A stretch of DNA of 64,000 nucleotides from a virus (IMGVR_UViG_3300011444_000011:1-64000); one strand, 5' to 3'. Positions 49,007 to 57,970 are shown, numbered from the stretch's first letter. Program-made: numbers and translations. Notes: a model not told the origin generated them from the sequence alone.

Positions 49007-49407
49007 GAGTGACCAAAGAGAAGATCGCCTTGATGTGGGTATTCAAGGCCGCGACCGACCTGTACATGGAAGCCGTGTGCAGGTCGTCTGATGCCAGAAT
49101 CAACCTGCTCCGGTTGCGGGACACGACATCCGAGGTAGCGGTGAAAGCAATCGGGCGGTATCAGGAAGCGGAGCACCAGTTCAAACTGCCGGAAAAGCGG
49201 TACACCGCCGCTCGGAAGAAGGTACAACGTGCGTTCCGGCCCGGCGTCTATCATCCATTTGGTGAGACGTGGTGTCTCGTCGTCAACCCGAACTTCGCCT
49301 CAATCAACCCTATCACAACTGTCGAGACGGGCGTTCTCGACAAACTCGTCAAGAAGCAGGAACCTTGGGATGCCTTGAGCCGTATGGCCGGAACTCCAAT
49401 CGTTTGA
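49003..49407 (+). CDS. Hypothetical protein
   Basis: ATGA coupling, AAGGA RBS. Confidence 0.6.
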   Translation: MRVTKEKIALMWVFKAATDLYMEAVCRSSDARINLLRLRDTTSEVAVKAIGRYQEAEHQFKLPEKRYTAARKKVQRAFRPGVYHPFGETWCLVVNPNFASINPITTVETGVLDKLVKKQEPWDALSRMAGTPIV

Positions 49408-49422
49408 TATGAGGAATAGATC

Positions 49423-49707
49423 ATGGTAACACTGGAAGATATCGTCAGACGGCGAAAAGCCATTGCCCAGATGCACAAAGACGATCAGGCTCTAAGTCTG
49501 GTCGAGCTTTACCGTACCGTGCTACTCCAGATTAGCCAGAGCGGCGAAGACCCTAAGAGTCTAGCGGCGGTGGCCCTGGGTGAGAGGACGACGCTTGAGC
49601 ATACTAAGAGCGCAATCCAGTCGCTGGTAGCAGGAATGGCAAGTGGAACGATCAGCTTCGGCGAGGCTGTCGAGATACTCAAGGCTCTAATGCAGGAGTT
49701 ACCATGA
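49423..49707 (+). CDS. Hypothetical protein, paralog family B
   Basis: LVELYRTVLLQISQSGEDPKSLAAVALG. Confidence 0.6.
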   Translation: MVTLEDIVRRRKAIAQMHKDDQALSLVELYRTVLLQISQSGEDPKSLAAVALGERTTLEHTKSAIQSLVAGMASGTISFGEAVEILKALMQELP

Positions 49708-49913
49708 CGCCAGACAGAGTAGCTGCCAGACGTAACGTAATCTATGCTCCGCATGGCGGCGTCGATGAACAGAAGCAGCAGTTGCTTGAGTTTTACGAGG
49801 CCGTGCTGACCGAAATCTCTGATGGTACGCCCGATGCCAAGAATCTGGCATCCGCGGCGTTGGGCAAGTTACCAAAGTGGACCGTTTCTGATACTGGTAT
49901 CAAACCATGCTAG
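49704..49913 (+). CDS. Hypothetical protein, paralog family B
   Basis: LLEFYEAVLTEISDGTPDAKNLASAALG. Confidence 0.6.
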   Translation: MTPDRVAARRNVIYAPHGGVDEQKQQLLEFYEAVLTEISDGTPDAKNLASAALGKLPKWTVSDTGIKPC

Positions 49914-50164
49914 TTCAATGCGATGGGCACGCGGTCGGTCGCTGCCTTGAGAAGATAATTGCGGATAAGGATACTCTGCAAGCCATTCACGGCTGGGAGA
50001 AGATGGACAAGATCATCAAGAAGGCCCAGCGGATGCTGGACTTAGTGACTGACCATAAGCTGAAACGCTTCAATCTCCAGCACAGCATGGTACTGCTTGA
50101 CACTGACGACTTTCATTTCCTCAAGACCCACGAGCCCAGCGATGGACCAATCACAAGAGTCTGA
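49907..50164 (+). CDS. Hypothetical protein
   Basis: In the gene chain. Confidence 0.55.
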   Translation: MLVQCDGHAVGRCLEKIIADKDTLQAIHGWEKMDKIIKKAQRMLDLVTDHKLKRFNLQHSMVLLDTDDFHFLKTHEPSDGPITRV

Positions 50165-50603
50165 ACCCGAATTCGTCATCGAACACTACACCGAACGGGA
50201 CATGATCCAATCGCTGCTCACGTCACGAGTCGAGTATTTTGAGCGATGTCGGCGTGAGCCAAGACTGTCAGAGCTAAAAGCTCTCGACCCGTTGACCTGC
50301 ACCGGGCAACAGGTCATGGATATCAGTGATCCCAATGCCAAGTGGGACAACTGCTACAGTTGCGATTTGTGTGGCAACGACGTTCTCGAAGTTGTCCACT
50401 TCAGTCAGGTCCAGTACAACAGGACAATGGAGATTTGCCGGGGTTGTTTGGAAATCGCGTTTAACTTACTGGAAATACGACCATTGGAGATTAAGTCGTG
50501 CCCAAAGCAAGCAGATTCGACGGGATTGATACTCAGACTCTCAAAGAGTCTGAAACGGTTCTTCGCGGGGAACTGGCTACGGCGGTTAGTGAAATGCGAG
50601 TAG
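50142..50603 (+). CDS. Hypothetical protein with CDLC...CRGC zinc site
   Basis: SCDLCG...EICRGCL. Confidence 0.55.
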   Translation: MDQSQESEPEFVIEHYTERDMIQSLLTSRVEYFERCRREPRLSELKALDPLTCTGQQVMDISDPNAKWDNCYSCDLCGNDVLEVVHFSQVQYNRTMEICRGCLEIAFNLLEIRPLEIKSCPKQADSTGLILRLSKSLKRFFAGNWLRRLVKCE

Positions 50604-50669
50604 CTACGAGTCGGTTAGCACAAGCCCGCGTTGCGTTACAAGAACTGACGGCCGAAATCAGGAGCAGAC

Positions 50670-51008
50670 ATGAAAAGGCGAATGAAGCGAGGGTTGTCAG
50701 AACTGTTGCACCGGCTGCGGCGAACAACGAGACGGCACAAGTGGACGCTGCTGCCGATGTTGGACAAGCCGGGATCGGGGCTCCCCAAGCTATACAGCCT
50801 ACGGGATGATTGGGGACGGTGCCCGCTGGAAGCGACGACACCGCCGCGAGAAAAGTCATTTAGAGGATTGAGTCAGAGAGCCTTGTTCCTGGGTATCCCT
50901 TACGTCGAGGCCATCGTTGACGCAGCGGACGGCCGTTTCAGAAGCAAAGAGCATGATGTTACCAATTTACGGGCGTTGCGCGATGCAATGCTGGCTGCCA
51001 TCGGTTAA
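50670..51008 (+). CDS. Hypothetical protein, paralog family A
   Basis: HKWTL...LR...RCPLEA...IPYVEAIVDAAD...LRALR. Confidence 0.6.
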   Translation: MKRRMKRGLSELLHRLRRTTRRHKWTLLPMLDKPGSGLPKLYSLRDDWGRCPLEATTPPREKSFRGLSQRALFLGIPYVEAIVDAADGRFRSKEHDVTNLRALRDAMLAAIG

Positions 51009-51043
51009 TGCGGTATCGGTTAATGCGGTATCGGTTAATGCGG
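51000..51043. repeat. 15-bp tandem repeat ATCGGTTAATGCGGT x3
   Basis: Read directly; followed by a palindrome site at 51050. Confidence 0.85.
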
Positions 51044-51339
51044 GCTTGGTTGATACCAGTATCAATGATAAGGTCTGGCAACGGATGATTAGCGCCAAGC
51101 ACAAATGGACGGTGTCTCATGTGCTCGTGGTGGCCAGATCAGTGAATCTGGAATCCGAGCATCCAGTTGGTGTCCCTGAATTGATCGCTGTAGCCAAACA
51201 GGTAATGGAAAGGTATCATAATGAGAGACCCCAATGAGCTACCGTCGGTTGCTGAACTCATAGCCTTCGGCCTCTTAGGGCTGGCGTGCATAGTCTTGTT
51301 CATCATGCTCACAAAGGCCATCATCGAAAGGGCAGGATT

Positions 51340-51618
51340 ATGAAAATCTCACCATCTGATATCCGCACCAGAGATCATTTCTGGGATACGTTCGATAAGA
51401 ACGAGATCGAATGCGCGGCCCGCAACATCGTCATCGCTTCCCAGAAGAAGGGTGATTGGTTCGATTTCACGGAAGATGATATTAACATCGGACCTTGGGG
51501 CAACTTCTTCGTGGTCAACGGGTACTTGTCGCGAGTAGGCAAGACGAAATATCGCGTGCTCCCCGAGTTCGTGATGAAACTAAGCAAATATCTAAAGAAG
51601 GGAGTCATCAGTGTCTAA
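51340..51618 (+). CDS. Hypothetical protein
   Basis: AGGA RBS. Confidence 0.6.
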   Translation: MKISPSDIRTRDHFWDTFDKNEIECAARNIVIASQKKGDWFDFTEDDINIGPWGNFFVVNGYLSRVGKTKYRVLPEFVMKLSKYLKKGVISV

Positions 51619-52342
51619 TACGATTTGGCACGGCGATTGCGTCAAGTTTGTTCATCAGTTGAGGCCGGTCAAGTGCATCATCGCTGATCCGCCGGACAAT
51701 CTCGATTTGGGGTATGACGGCTTTACAGACTTCAACCCCGATTACTACGGGTGGCTTGGTTCCCTGATCCGGGCATCCGTCGAGCGGTGCGACCATTTCT
51801 GGTTGAGCTATTATCACGCTCACGACCTCGCAATATCGAGCATTGTCTACGATGTTGTACGCCGGAAGGGACTGGACTGGCACAAGTACCTTTGGCGGTT
51901 CACGTTCGGCCAGCATAAGGAAACTGATTGTGGGAGCGGTTACAGAACAATCCTCAGATTATCGCAGCCTTCGCAGCCGCTTAATACATCAGCGGTTCGG
52001 GTGCCCAGCCTGCGACAGACGTTATACAACGACCCACGAGCTAATCCGGCAGGAAGGGTTCCAGACGATGTCTGGGAGTTCCCGCGTGTTACCGGCAACA
52101 GCCATGAACGAAGAGCATGGCATCCGACGCAGCATCCCGTAGCCGTGTACTCCCGGATACTGCGGCTGTCAACGGCACCGGGCGATAAGGTGGTGGACCT
52201 GTTCGCGGGCACGGGCACACTTTTCAGAGCGAACCACTCATACAAGCTCTCGGAACGACGGGAATGCTCGGCAGTTGATATCAGTATCAAATACTGCCAG
52301 GAGATCGCTAAGGAACATCAACTGGAGATCAAGACCATTTGA
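51611..52342 (+). CDS. N4-C/N6-A DNA methyltransferase (beta class) with variant catalytic motif DPPD
   Basis: IWHGDC, IIADPPDN, DVWEF, HPTQHP, VVDLFAGTGT. Confidence 0.82.
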   Translation: MSNTIWHGDCVKFVHQLRPVKCIIADPPDNLDLGYDGFTDFNPDYYGWLGSLIRASVERCDHFWLSYYHAHDLAISSIVYDVVRRKGLDWHKYLWRFTFGQHKETDCGSGYRTILRLSQPSQPLNTSAVRVPSLRQTLYNDPRANPAGRVPDDVWEFPRVTGNSHERRAWHPTQHPVAVYSRILRLSTAPGDKVVDLFAGTGTLFRANHSYKLSERRECSAVDISIKYCQEIAKEHQLEIKTI

Positions 52343-52773
52343 AAGGGTCACATGAACGATATCGAAACGGAAGCCGGAACGGAGCAACCCAAGCTACCGA
52401 AGATGAACAGCATTTCCAGTGGCGACGGGATTACCTGCTGTACGAAGTCGGCATCGTGGTGCATGAGAAGAAGACCGGCAAAGAAGTCGGAAGGGTCGAG
52501 CACCGGGAAGGCAAGTATGAAGTCTCTGGCGACCTCAGCCGGTACGTCCCGCAGTATGCCATCAACATGCTTCGTGATTACGGTCTGATTGTGCATCGGG
52601 AATCGCTGTATCAGTTCGTCGGGCTGTTCCAGCGTTTCGAGAATTCAAATTGCACGGTCATTGATATCAGGAAGACCGACAATTCGTCTTATACCATCAG
52701 GTTTCACGGCTACGCCGAGTTCATCAAGAAGAACCCGGAATTCAAAGATTCAGTTACGAGAGTGAGAGAATAA
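52339..52773 (+). CDS. Hypothetical protein
   Basis: In the gene chain. Confidence 0.5.
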   Translation: MKGSHERYRNGSRNGATQATEDEQHFQWRRDYLLYEVGIVVHEKKTGKEVGRVEHREGKYEVSGDLSRYVPQYAINMLRDYGLIVHRESLYQFVGLFQRFENSNCTVIDIRKTDNSSYTIRFHGYAEFIKKNPEFKDSVTRVRE

Positions 52774-53282
52774 TGGAAGCAATAGGACGACGTGATTTCT
52801 TCAAGATGAGTGCTTGCGCCGGAGCGATCCTAATACCGGGCCTACATCTGTTGGCAGCCGAGCACCACATTCCCTACCAACTGGGAGTGTGGAATAAGGA
52901 AGAGTGTATCCGGGTTCCGGTTCGTGCTCTTGCCAATGATTGGGGACACGTTGTTGCCCTCGCTGATATTGCCATCAGAGACGCCAAGACGTGGGTAGGG
53001 GCGTGCCTGCTTCGGAACGACGATTCGATTCTCGCAGCAGCACCGTTCAGCAGCACGGTTGCCGTCATAAATGGCGACACCATCAAACTGTCCTACGCGA
53101 TCAACTGGCCAGAATGTGCTGACAGGCGGGAATGGAACAGGATTGTAGGTGGTCTGTCCAAGTCCCGCCGGTTGCAACGAGGATTCGAGCCATCAGTTGT
53201 CAGCGGCACCGGCCCTCACCTGGAGCTTTCAGACTACGACAACATGGCTTTGAGGGCACCCAGATTACCTACACGGCAATAG
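52773..53282 (+). CDS. Hypothetical protein with a Tat-like signal
   Basis: GRRDFFKMSACAGAILIP. Confidence 0.6.
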   Translation: MEAIGRRDFFKMSACAGAILIPGLHLLAAEHHIPYQLGVWNKEECIRVPVRALANDWGHVVALADIAIRDAKTWVGACLLRNDDSILAAAPFSSTVAVINGDTIKLSYAINWPECADRREWNRIVGGLSKSRRLQRGFEPSVVSGTGPHLELSDYDNMALRAPRLPTRQ

Positions 53283-53322
53283 TGGTCTACCTACACTAAA
53301 GATGCGCTTGACCACCCCAAAC

Positions 53323-53380
53323 AGCGCTTAGGTCCGAATAGCGATTAGGTCCGAATAGCGCTTAGGTCCGAATAGCGCTT
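53323..53380. repeat. 17-bp tandem repeat AGCGMTTAGGTCCGAAT, three full copies plus a partial (iteron-like)
   Basis: Copies at 53323, 53340, 53357 and a partial at 53374. Confidence 0.9.
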
Positions 53381-53390
53381 GGCAAGTTTC

Positions 53391-53934
53391 TGATATCAAT
53401 TCCTGCTGACACTTTTGTGACAACTTTGTGAGCCTATTACCGCCCCAACCAAGCGTCGCCACTTTGAGGCGAAGGCTCGGCCGGAAAGCAGTAAGCGATC
53501 GTCAGGCAAGAGGCTGGCAGCCCTTGCAATGCCTCTAGCGTCGGGACTCCGTCGAACTTACCGGAGGCTTCCGAAGGGGTGAAAGTGGTAAGTCGTTTCA
53601 GGATAAGGGGTTAGGGACTCCGCGCGACTGGAATACCAAAAACTGATTCGCCCATGCTCCCTTATGGAATACTCTCTCTTTATTCTCTTTTACTTTTCCT
53701 ATACCTTTAATTTAGAGAGTAAGTAGATAGAAAAGAGTCAAACCGTTGCCTGATAAGGGGTTAAGTGCTTACCCATTTGTTCGCTGGTCAGTCAGAAACA
53801 GTCTGCCGGCGATGCAAGTCGTTATCGTGAAACGGGTTCCAGTCGGTCGGGGTGTCAGCAAAAGGGTAAGCGGTTCGGGCCTCGCGGCTTGCTGACATAA
53901 TTTGTCACAAAAGTGTCAGCAAGAATTGATATCA
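53391..53934. repeat. Segment bounded by 33-bp inverted repeats TGATATCAATTCYTGCTGACACTTTTGTGACAA
   Basis: 53391-53423 versus 53902-53934, one mismatch. Interior is non-coding. Confidence 0.85.
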
Positions 53935-54226
53935 ACATCAAAGCCCTAGTCTTAGCGCTATTCAATTGTTAAAGGGAAGTTTCATGAATGGAAATTCATA
54001 TACCCACATTTCAAGGGGCTTGTGTGCCCGCGTTATATATTGATTTCTCCAGTGCCCTGCGGGTGGAAAAGGGCGGGTTGTAACGATTATAACGATTGTA
54101 ATGGTTTTGGCGGTCCTGCCGGTTGTGCTTAATTTGCGGATCATCCGGCTTATTACGAATTTGCCGGTCGCTCCGATTGTGCCGTGATTCCGCAAATCAA
54201 CGCCCTGCTGCCATTATGGCACGCCA

Positions 54227-54311
54227 GCCGCAAACCGTTGCCAGATAACGAGTTAAACGCATAAGTCAATTCTTATGCGACATAACTCGTTGCCTGACCA
54301 CGGTTTGCGGC
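54227..54311. repeat. 85-bp imperfect palindrome
   Basis: GCCGCAAACCGT..AACGAGTTA..CGCATAAG / CTTATGCG..TAACTCGTT..ACGGTTTGCGGC. Confidence 0.8.
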
Positions 54312-54552
54312 GTTTTCGTTTCACCTTATATATGCAATCGTGGTCCGGTTATAACGATTGTAACGTGTAAAGAAAATGAAACACTGTACACAACAAAATG
54401 ATTCAAATTGTGAACACTCCGGCCCGACCTGCCCGCGTGCCATTCGCTGCAAGTGCTTACGCTGTAACGAGTTATGGCAATTCCGAAATTTCTTGCCAGT
54501 TTCGGCACGCCGTTCGCTCTTTACTCGTTTCGGAATTGTTCTCAATTCGGCC

Positions 54553-54580
54553 TTGACTTGCCGGAACCGTGAGATACAAT
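54553..54580 (+). promoter_or_regulatory. Sigma70-type promoter upstream of ParB3
   Basis: TTGACT-16-TACAAT. Confidence 0.6.
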
Positions 54581-54679
54581 TTACCAGACGGCCAAACGTC
54601 GGCCCGTCAATTCGGCCAATTTGATTTGATACTGTCGAATTTGCTGATTTTCAATATCAAGTATCGGGAGAAACGAGTT

Positions 54680-55846
54680 ATGTCAAAGGTCGATATCGAC
54701 GCCCCGTTGATGCCTGACGTTGACCTGTCCACCGCGGCGGGACAAGCGCAGGCCGTTACGTTTTACCATGATGCCGTTCAAGGGTTGAACGCATCGGGTA
54801 AGAATCAGCGCCTTCCGGTCGCTGATTTGACAATCAATCCCGACAATCCCCGCGAGGAATACGACGTTGACGGAATGATCGCATCTTTCCGCCACCGTGG
54901 TTTCGTCATCGGTGCGCCGATTACGATTTCCAAGCGCGCCGACGGCGTCAACATGGTTTTGCGTGGCAATCGTCGCGTGTCTGCCGCGCAGAAGTTCGCC
55001 ACGGTTGACCCGGAAGGGTTCAAGAAAGTCTTTCCCGATGGAAAGATTCCCTGTCTGGTCTTGACCGATCTTTCCCGCGCCGAAGAAACGACGGTCTTGA
55101 TTGACCACGGGAAAGAGCAAGACCGACGGAAACTGTCGGCCCGCGAGGAACTCCGCGCCATTCGCCAGTTGATGAAAGCTGGCATTAAGGGGCGCGATGC
55201 AATCGCCCGCGCTCTTGACCTGATTACGGTATCAAAAGACGATAAAGGGGTTGAAACGGAGAAAGTTCGTTCGTCTTACGTTCAACCGCGCCTCAATTTG
55301 CTTGCCTTGCCGGAAGCCGTGCAAGTCAAGTACATCGGCGAATCGTCGATGTTCGGCGGGAAAAATGCTGTTCTGAAACAGCAGACAATCGCGCCGCTGT
55401 ACACTGCCCTGTCAAACGACAGGAAGGCCGGAAACATCGGTCAAGACGGTTTCGGGCCGGAACTCCGCGCCGCGTGGGATACCCTCTTGGCAACGCCCAC
55501 AACGCCCGCCAGTGATGCGCCCGTCAAGTATATCGCTGATAGCAAGTGCAAAGCGCTCTTGCAGGAATGCGACAGCGCCGCCCTGACGAATGCCCTGACC
55601 TATTTCGGCGGTTACAGCAAAACGCTGAAACTGTCGGAAATCGACAGCGCCTGTCAGGCCGCGGAGCAAGCGCAAGTCATGCTGGCGCACATTGCCGATT
55701 TTGTCGGCCCTGACGAATTTGCCAGCCTGTGCGAAAAGGCCGATTCTGCGGCCCGTGCCAAAGCTGACGCCTTGAAGGCTTCTGCCGGTCCTGCCGACGG
55801 AACCGAAAAGGTCGAATCGACCGAAAAGGTCGAAGTCAACGCCTAG
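54680..55846 (+). CDS. ParB-like protein 3 (first gene of the putative early region)
   Basis: LPVADLTINPDNPR...SFRHRGF...PITIS...VLRGNRRVSAA, then a helical/HTH-like region ending RLNLLALPEAVQ. GGGAG RBS. Confidence 0.8.
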   Translation: MSKVDIDAPLMPDVDLSTAAGQAQAVTFYHDAVQGLNASGKNQRLPVADLTINPDNPREEYDVDGMIASFRHRGFVIGAPITISKRADGVNMVLRGNRRVSAAQKFATVDPEGFKKVFPDGKIPCLVLTDLSRAEETTVLIDHGKEQDRRKLSAREELRAIRQLMKAGIKGRDAIARALDLITVSKDDKGVETEKVRSSYVQPRLNLLALPEAVQVKYIGESSMFGGKNAVLKQQTIAPLYTALSNDRKAGNIGQDGFGPELRAAWDTLLATPTTPASDAPVKYIADSKCKALLQECDSAALTNALTYFGGYSKTLKLSEIDSACQAAEQAQVMLAHIADFVGPDEFASLCEKADSAARAKADALKASAGPADGTEKVESTEKVEVNA

Positions 55847-56020
55847 TCCGGTCGTGCCGATCGGGCAGGTTATTCCTGCCCGACCGGCCTTTCTATTATT
55901 GCCGATTGTATCGACAATAATAGAAGGGAGCTTTGCTCCGTCGGTGCTGGTTGTGCCGGGCGTATGGACTGGGCAACCAGTGCCGATTTTTCCAATTTGA
56001 TTTGATATCGGAGTTCTGCT

Positions 56021-56278
56021 ATGATTAACGGAAGTTGCGAGCGTACCAATAACGTCAAGGGCGCATTCTTTAACTGTCGTGACAACGGCGTCAAGGCGAA
56101 CGCTTTTGACGATAAGAGCGAATCGCTCGCCTGCGCCGTCGCTGCCGTCCTGCCTGATTCTGATACTGGTATCAAATTCGCCGAATTGTGCAACGAATTG
56201 GAATCGGGCGATTTTACGCCGGATATGCAAATTGAGGCAATCATCGAATTTGCCTACCTGACCGCCAATGAGGAATAG
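56021..56278 (+). CDS. Hypothetical protein
   Basis: GGAG RBS. Confidence 0.55.
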   Translation: MINGSCERTNNVKGAFFNCRDNGVKANAFDDKSESLACAVAAVLPDSDTGIKFAELCNELESGDFTPDMQIEAIIEFAYLTANEE

Positions 56279-56624
56279 TCCGGCCATGACGATCATCGTG
56301 ACTACAACAGGCGTAGAGATTGTAACGCCTGACGGGTTTGTCCCGCTCGATCTGGTTAGAGCGGCCTTGACGCTTATGATGATGAAGCCGTCAAGGCCGC
56401 TTATCCCGGCTATACAGATTGAACAGCTTGCAGAGGCTATGCGGCTCAAAGGGGTCGAACGGGTTGAACCGATTGTAGTATCAAAACGGCCTACGTCGAT
56501 TGCACGACGTAGGCCGGTGTTTTCGTTTGTGACGGATAAGAGGGACAATACCGTTTGTGCCGGTTGTGGCGGTTGTATCCCGCCGGGCCGTGCGGGAAGG
56601 AAATGCCGATCGTGCCGAAATTGA
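56268..56624 (+). CDS. Hypothetical protein with C-terminal zinc finger
   Basis: CAGCG...CRSC. Confidence 0.5.
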   Translation: MRNSPAMTIIVTTTGVEIVTPDGFVPLDLVRAALTLMMMKPSRPLIPAIQIEQLAEAMRLKGVERVEPIVVSKRPTSIARRRPVFSFVTDKRDNTVCAGCGGCIPPGRAGRKCRSCRN

Positions 56625-56858
56625 CGTTTGCAAAGCTCGAAGTAGGTATGCTGTTTGTAGCGATCAAAGTGATTCCCTGTGATGTGCGGGGTGAGCGGAT
56701 TGCAGACAATGCGCGGCTTTGGCGGAAAGTAACGGATACGCGGGCTGTGCAGGCTATGTGCTTTGAACCGCTTATATGGGATAAGCTGGACGTGACGTTT
56801 GATCCGTCTTATCGCATTATAGCGATACTCCCCGGTTGATACCAATATCAGAAAGGAA

Positions 56859-57137
56859 ATGATTATGCCGTTTGTAGTGAGTGGAACGCATGGGACGGTT
56901 GCGGAACGTTATGAGGGATTTTCTCCATATAGGAACGGCGACGTTTCGATCATCATTGCCACCTTTGACGGTGATGCCGATATGTATGGCGTTGACGCTG
57001 GCGCGGATACGATGGAAGTTGTCAAGAGTGTCTGTCGTATGTATCAGGTCGGTTATGGCCGTTTGCCCGAAAAGATCATGGCTTACGATTATAACGGTTA
57101 TCCGGCCCTCGACCTGAATCCGTCGGATTTTGCTTGA
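56859..57137 (+). CDS. Hypothetical protein
   Basis: Palindrome site and AAAGGA RBS. Confidence 0.55.
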   Translation: MIMPFVVSGTHGTVAERYEGFSPYRNGDVSIIIATFDGDADMYGVDAGADTMEVVKSVCRMYQVGYGRLPEKIMAYDYNGYPALDLNPSDFA

Positions 57138-57230
57138 CTTTGCCCGAAAGCGCTGCAATAGTTGATTGTAGCGCTTAGGGGCGCTTAACAGCGCTTGACC
57201 TGATACCAGTATCAACAGGGAGCTAGTCGA

Positions 57231-57491
57231 ATGGCAAGATACAACGGCCCGCGATTCGGTCTTGACAGAAAAGCGCCGCCCTGTCGCTGCCCTGATTGTT
57301 CGGCAAAACTAGCACAACCGATATACGACTACCTACCAACGTACAGTCGTTACGATCGGAACAATCATCAACGCTGGCATATCCGTTGCGACTGTGGTGT
57401 TCTGCTTTTGTGGAGTTTTCCGGCTGAATGGATTAGAAGGCATTTGTTCCCATTGTGGGATTTACCGAAGAAACGGGTTGTAGTCTCTTGA
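57231..57491 (+). CDS. Zinc-ribbon protein
   Basis: CPDC...CDCG, downstream of a promoter cassette. Confidence 0.6.
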   Translation: MARYNGPRFGLDRKAPPCRCPDCSAKLAQPIYDYLPTYSRYDRNNHQRWHIRCDCGVLLLWSFPAEWIRRHLFPLWDLPKKRVVVS

Positions 57492-57506
57492 ACAAAGGAA
57501 ACGATT

Positions 57507-57941
57507 ATGCGTTGGAACATGATTCTGCCGATTTTACTGTCAATGGTCGTCGGCCATTTATTCACTCCGGTCGTCAGGGGTGATGAAATCGTCAAGGCCG
57601 GCGAAATCGCCAAAGTTGATACCAATATCAACACGGGCGCAACCGTCACAACGTACAAAAGCGGGCACAAAATAACGATTACGCCCGGCCCTGCCGGTTG
57701 TGCCGACGATTCCGATTGTGAGGTTTTGTTCGGAGTTAAGATTCCTAACGCCCCTGTCAATTCTGTCGGTGCTTACGAAACGTCGCAAAATGCCATTCTT
57801 GCCAAGAGTATGGCCTACAACGCTTCTGTCAGGAAACATCAGGAAGCCATGGCGCGTATTCGTGCGGCGTCTAGCGGTAGTAACGGGCGTAACGGCAATG
57901 GCACGCGGACCCGGCTCAATCTGAATTATCGGCTCAATTGA
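57507..57941 (+). CDS. Secreted hypothetical protein
   Basis: Signal peptide-like MRWNMILPILLSMVVG. Confidence 0.55.
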   Translation: MRWNMILPILLSMVVGHLFTPVVRGDEIVKAGEIAKVDTNINTGATVTTYKSGHKITITPGPAGCADDSDCEVLFGVKIPNAPVNSVGAYETSQNAILAKSMAYNASVRKHQEAMARIRAASSGSNGRNGNGTRTRLNLNYRLN

Positions 57942-57970
57942 TATCATCGTCAGAGATGATGGGACCGTTT

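Noticed and set aside
53323-53380. CRISPR array
   Set aside because: The repeats are directly adjacent with no spacers. There is no cas operon, and the PD-(D/E)XK nuclease at 28365 is a typical stand-alone phage enzyme.
53391-53934. MITE/IS element
   Set aside because: There is no transposase or clear target-site duplication, and the same IR motif recurs at 61.2 kb around a different interior.
55412-56845. 477-aa minus-strand ORF, and similar antisense ORFs (2349-3095, 3068-3985, 42356-43165, 60202-60954)
   Set aside because: They lie antisense to plus-strand genes that have motifs and RBSs, show no recognisable domains, and are expected shadows of codon bias.
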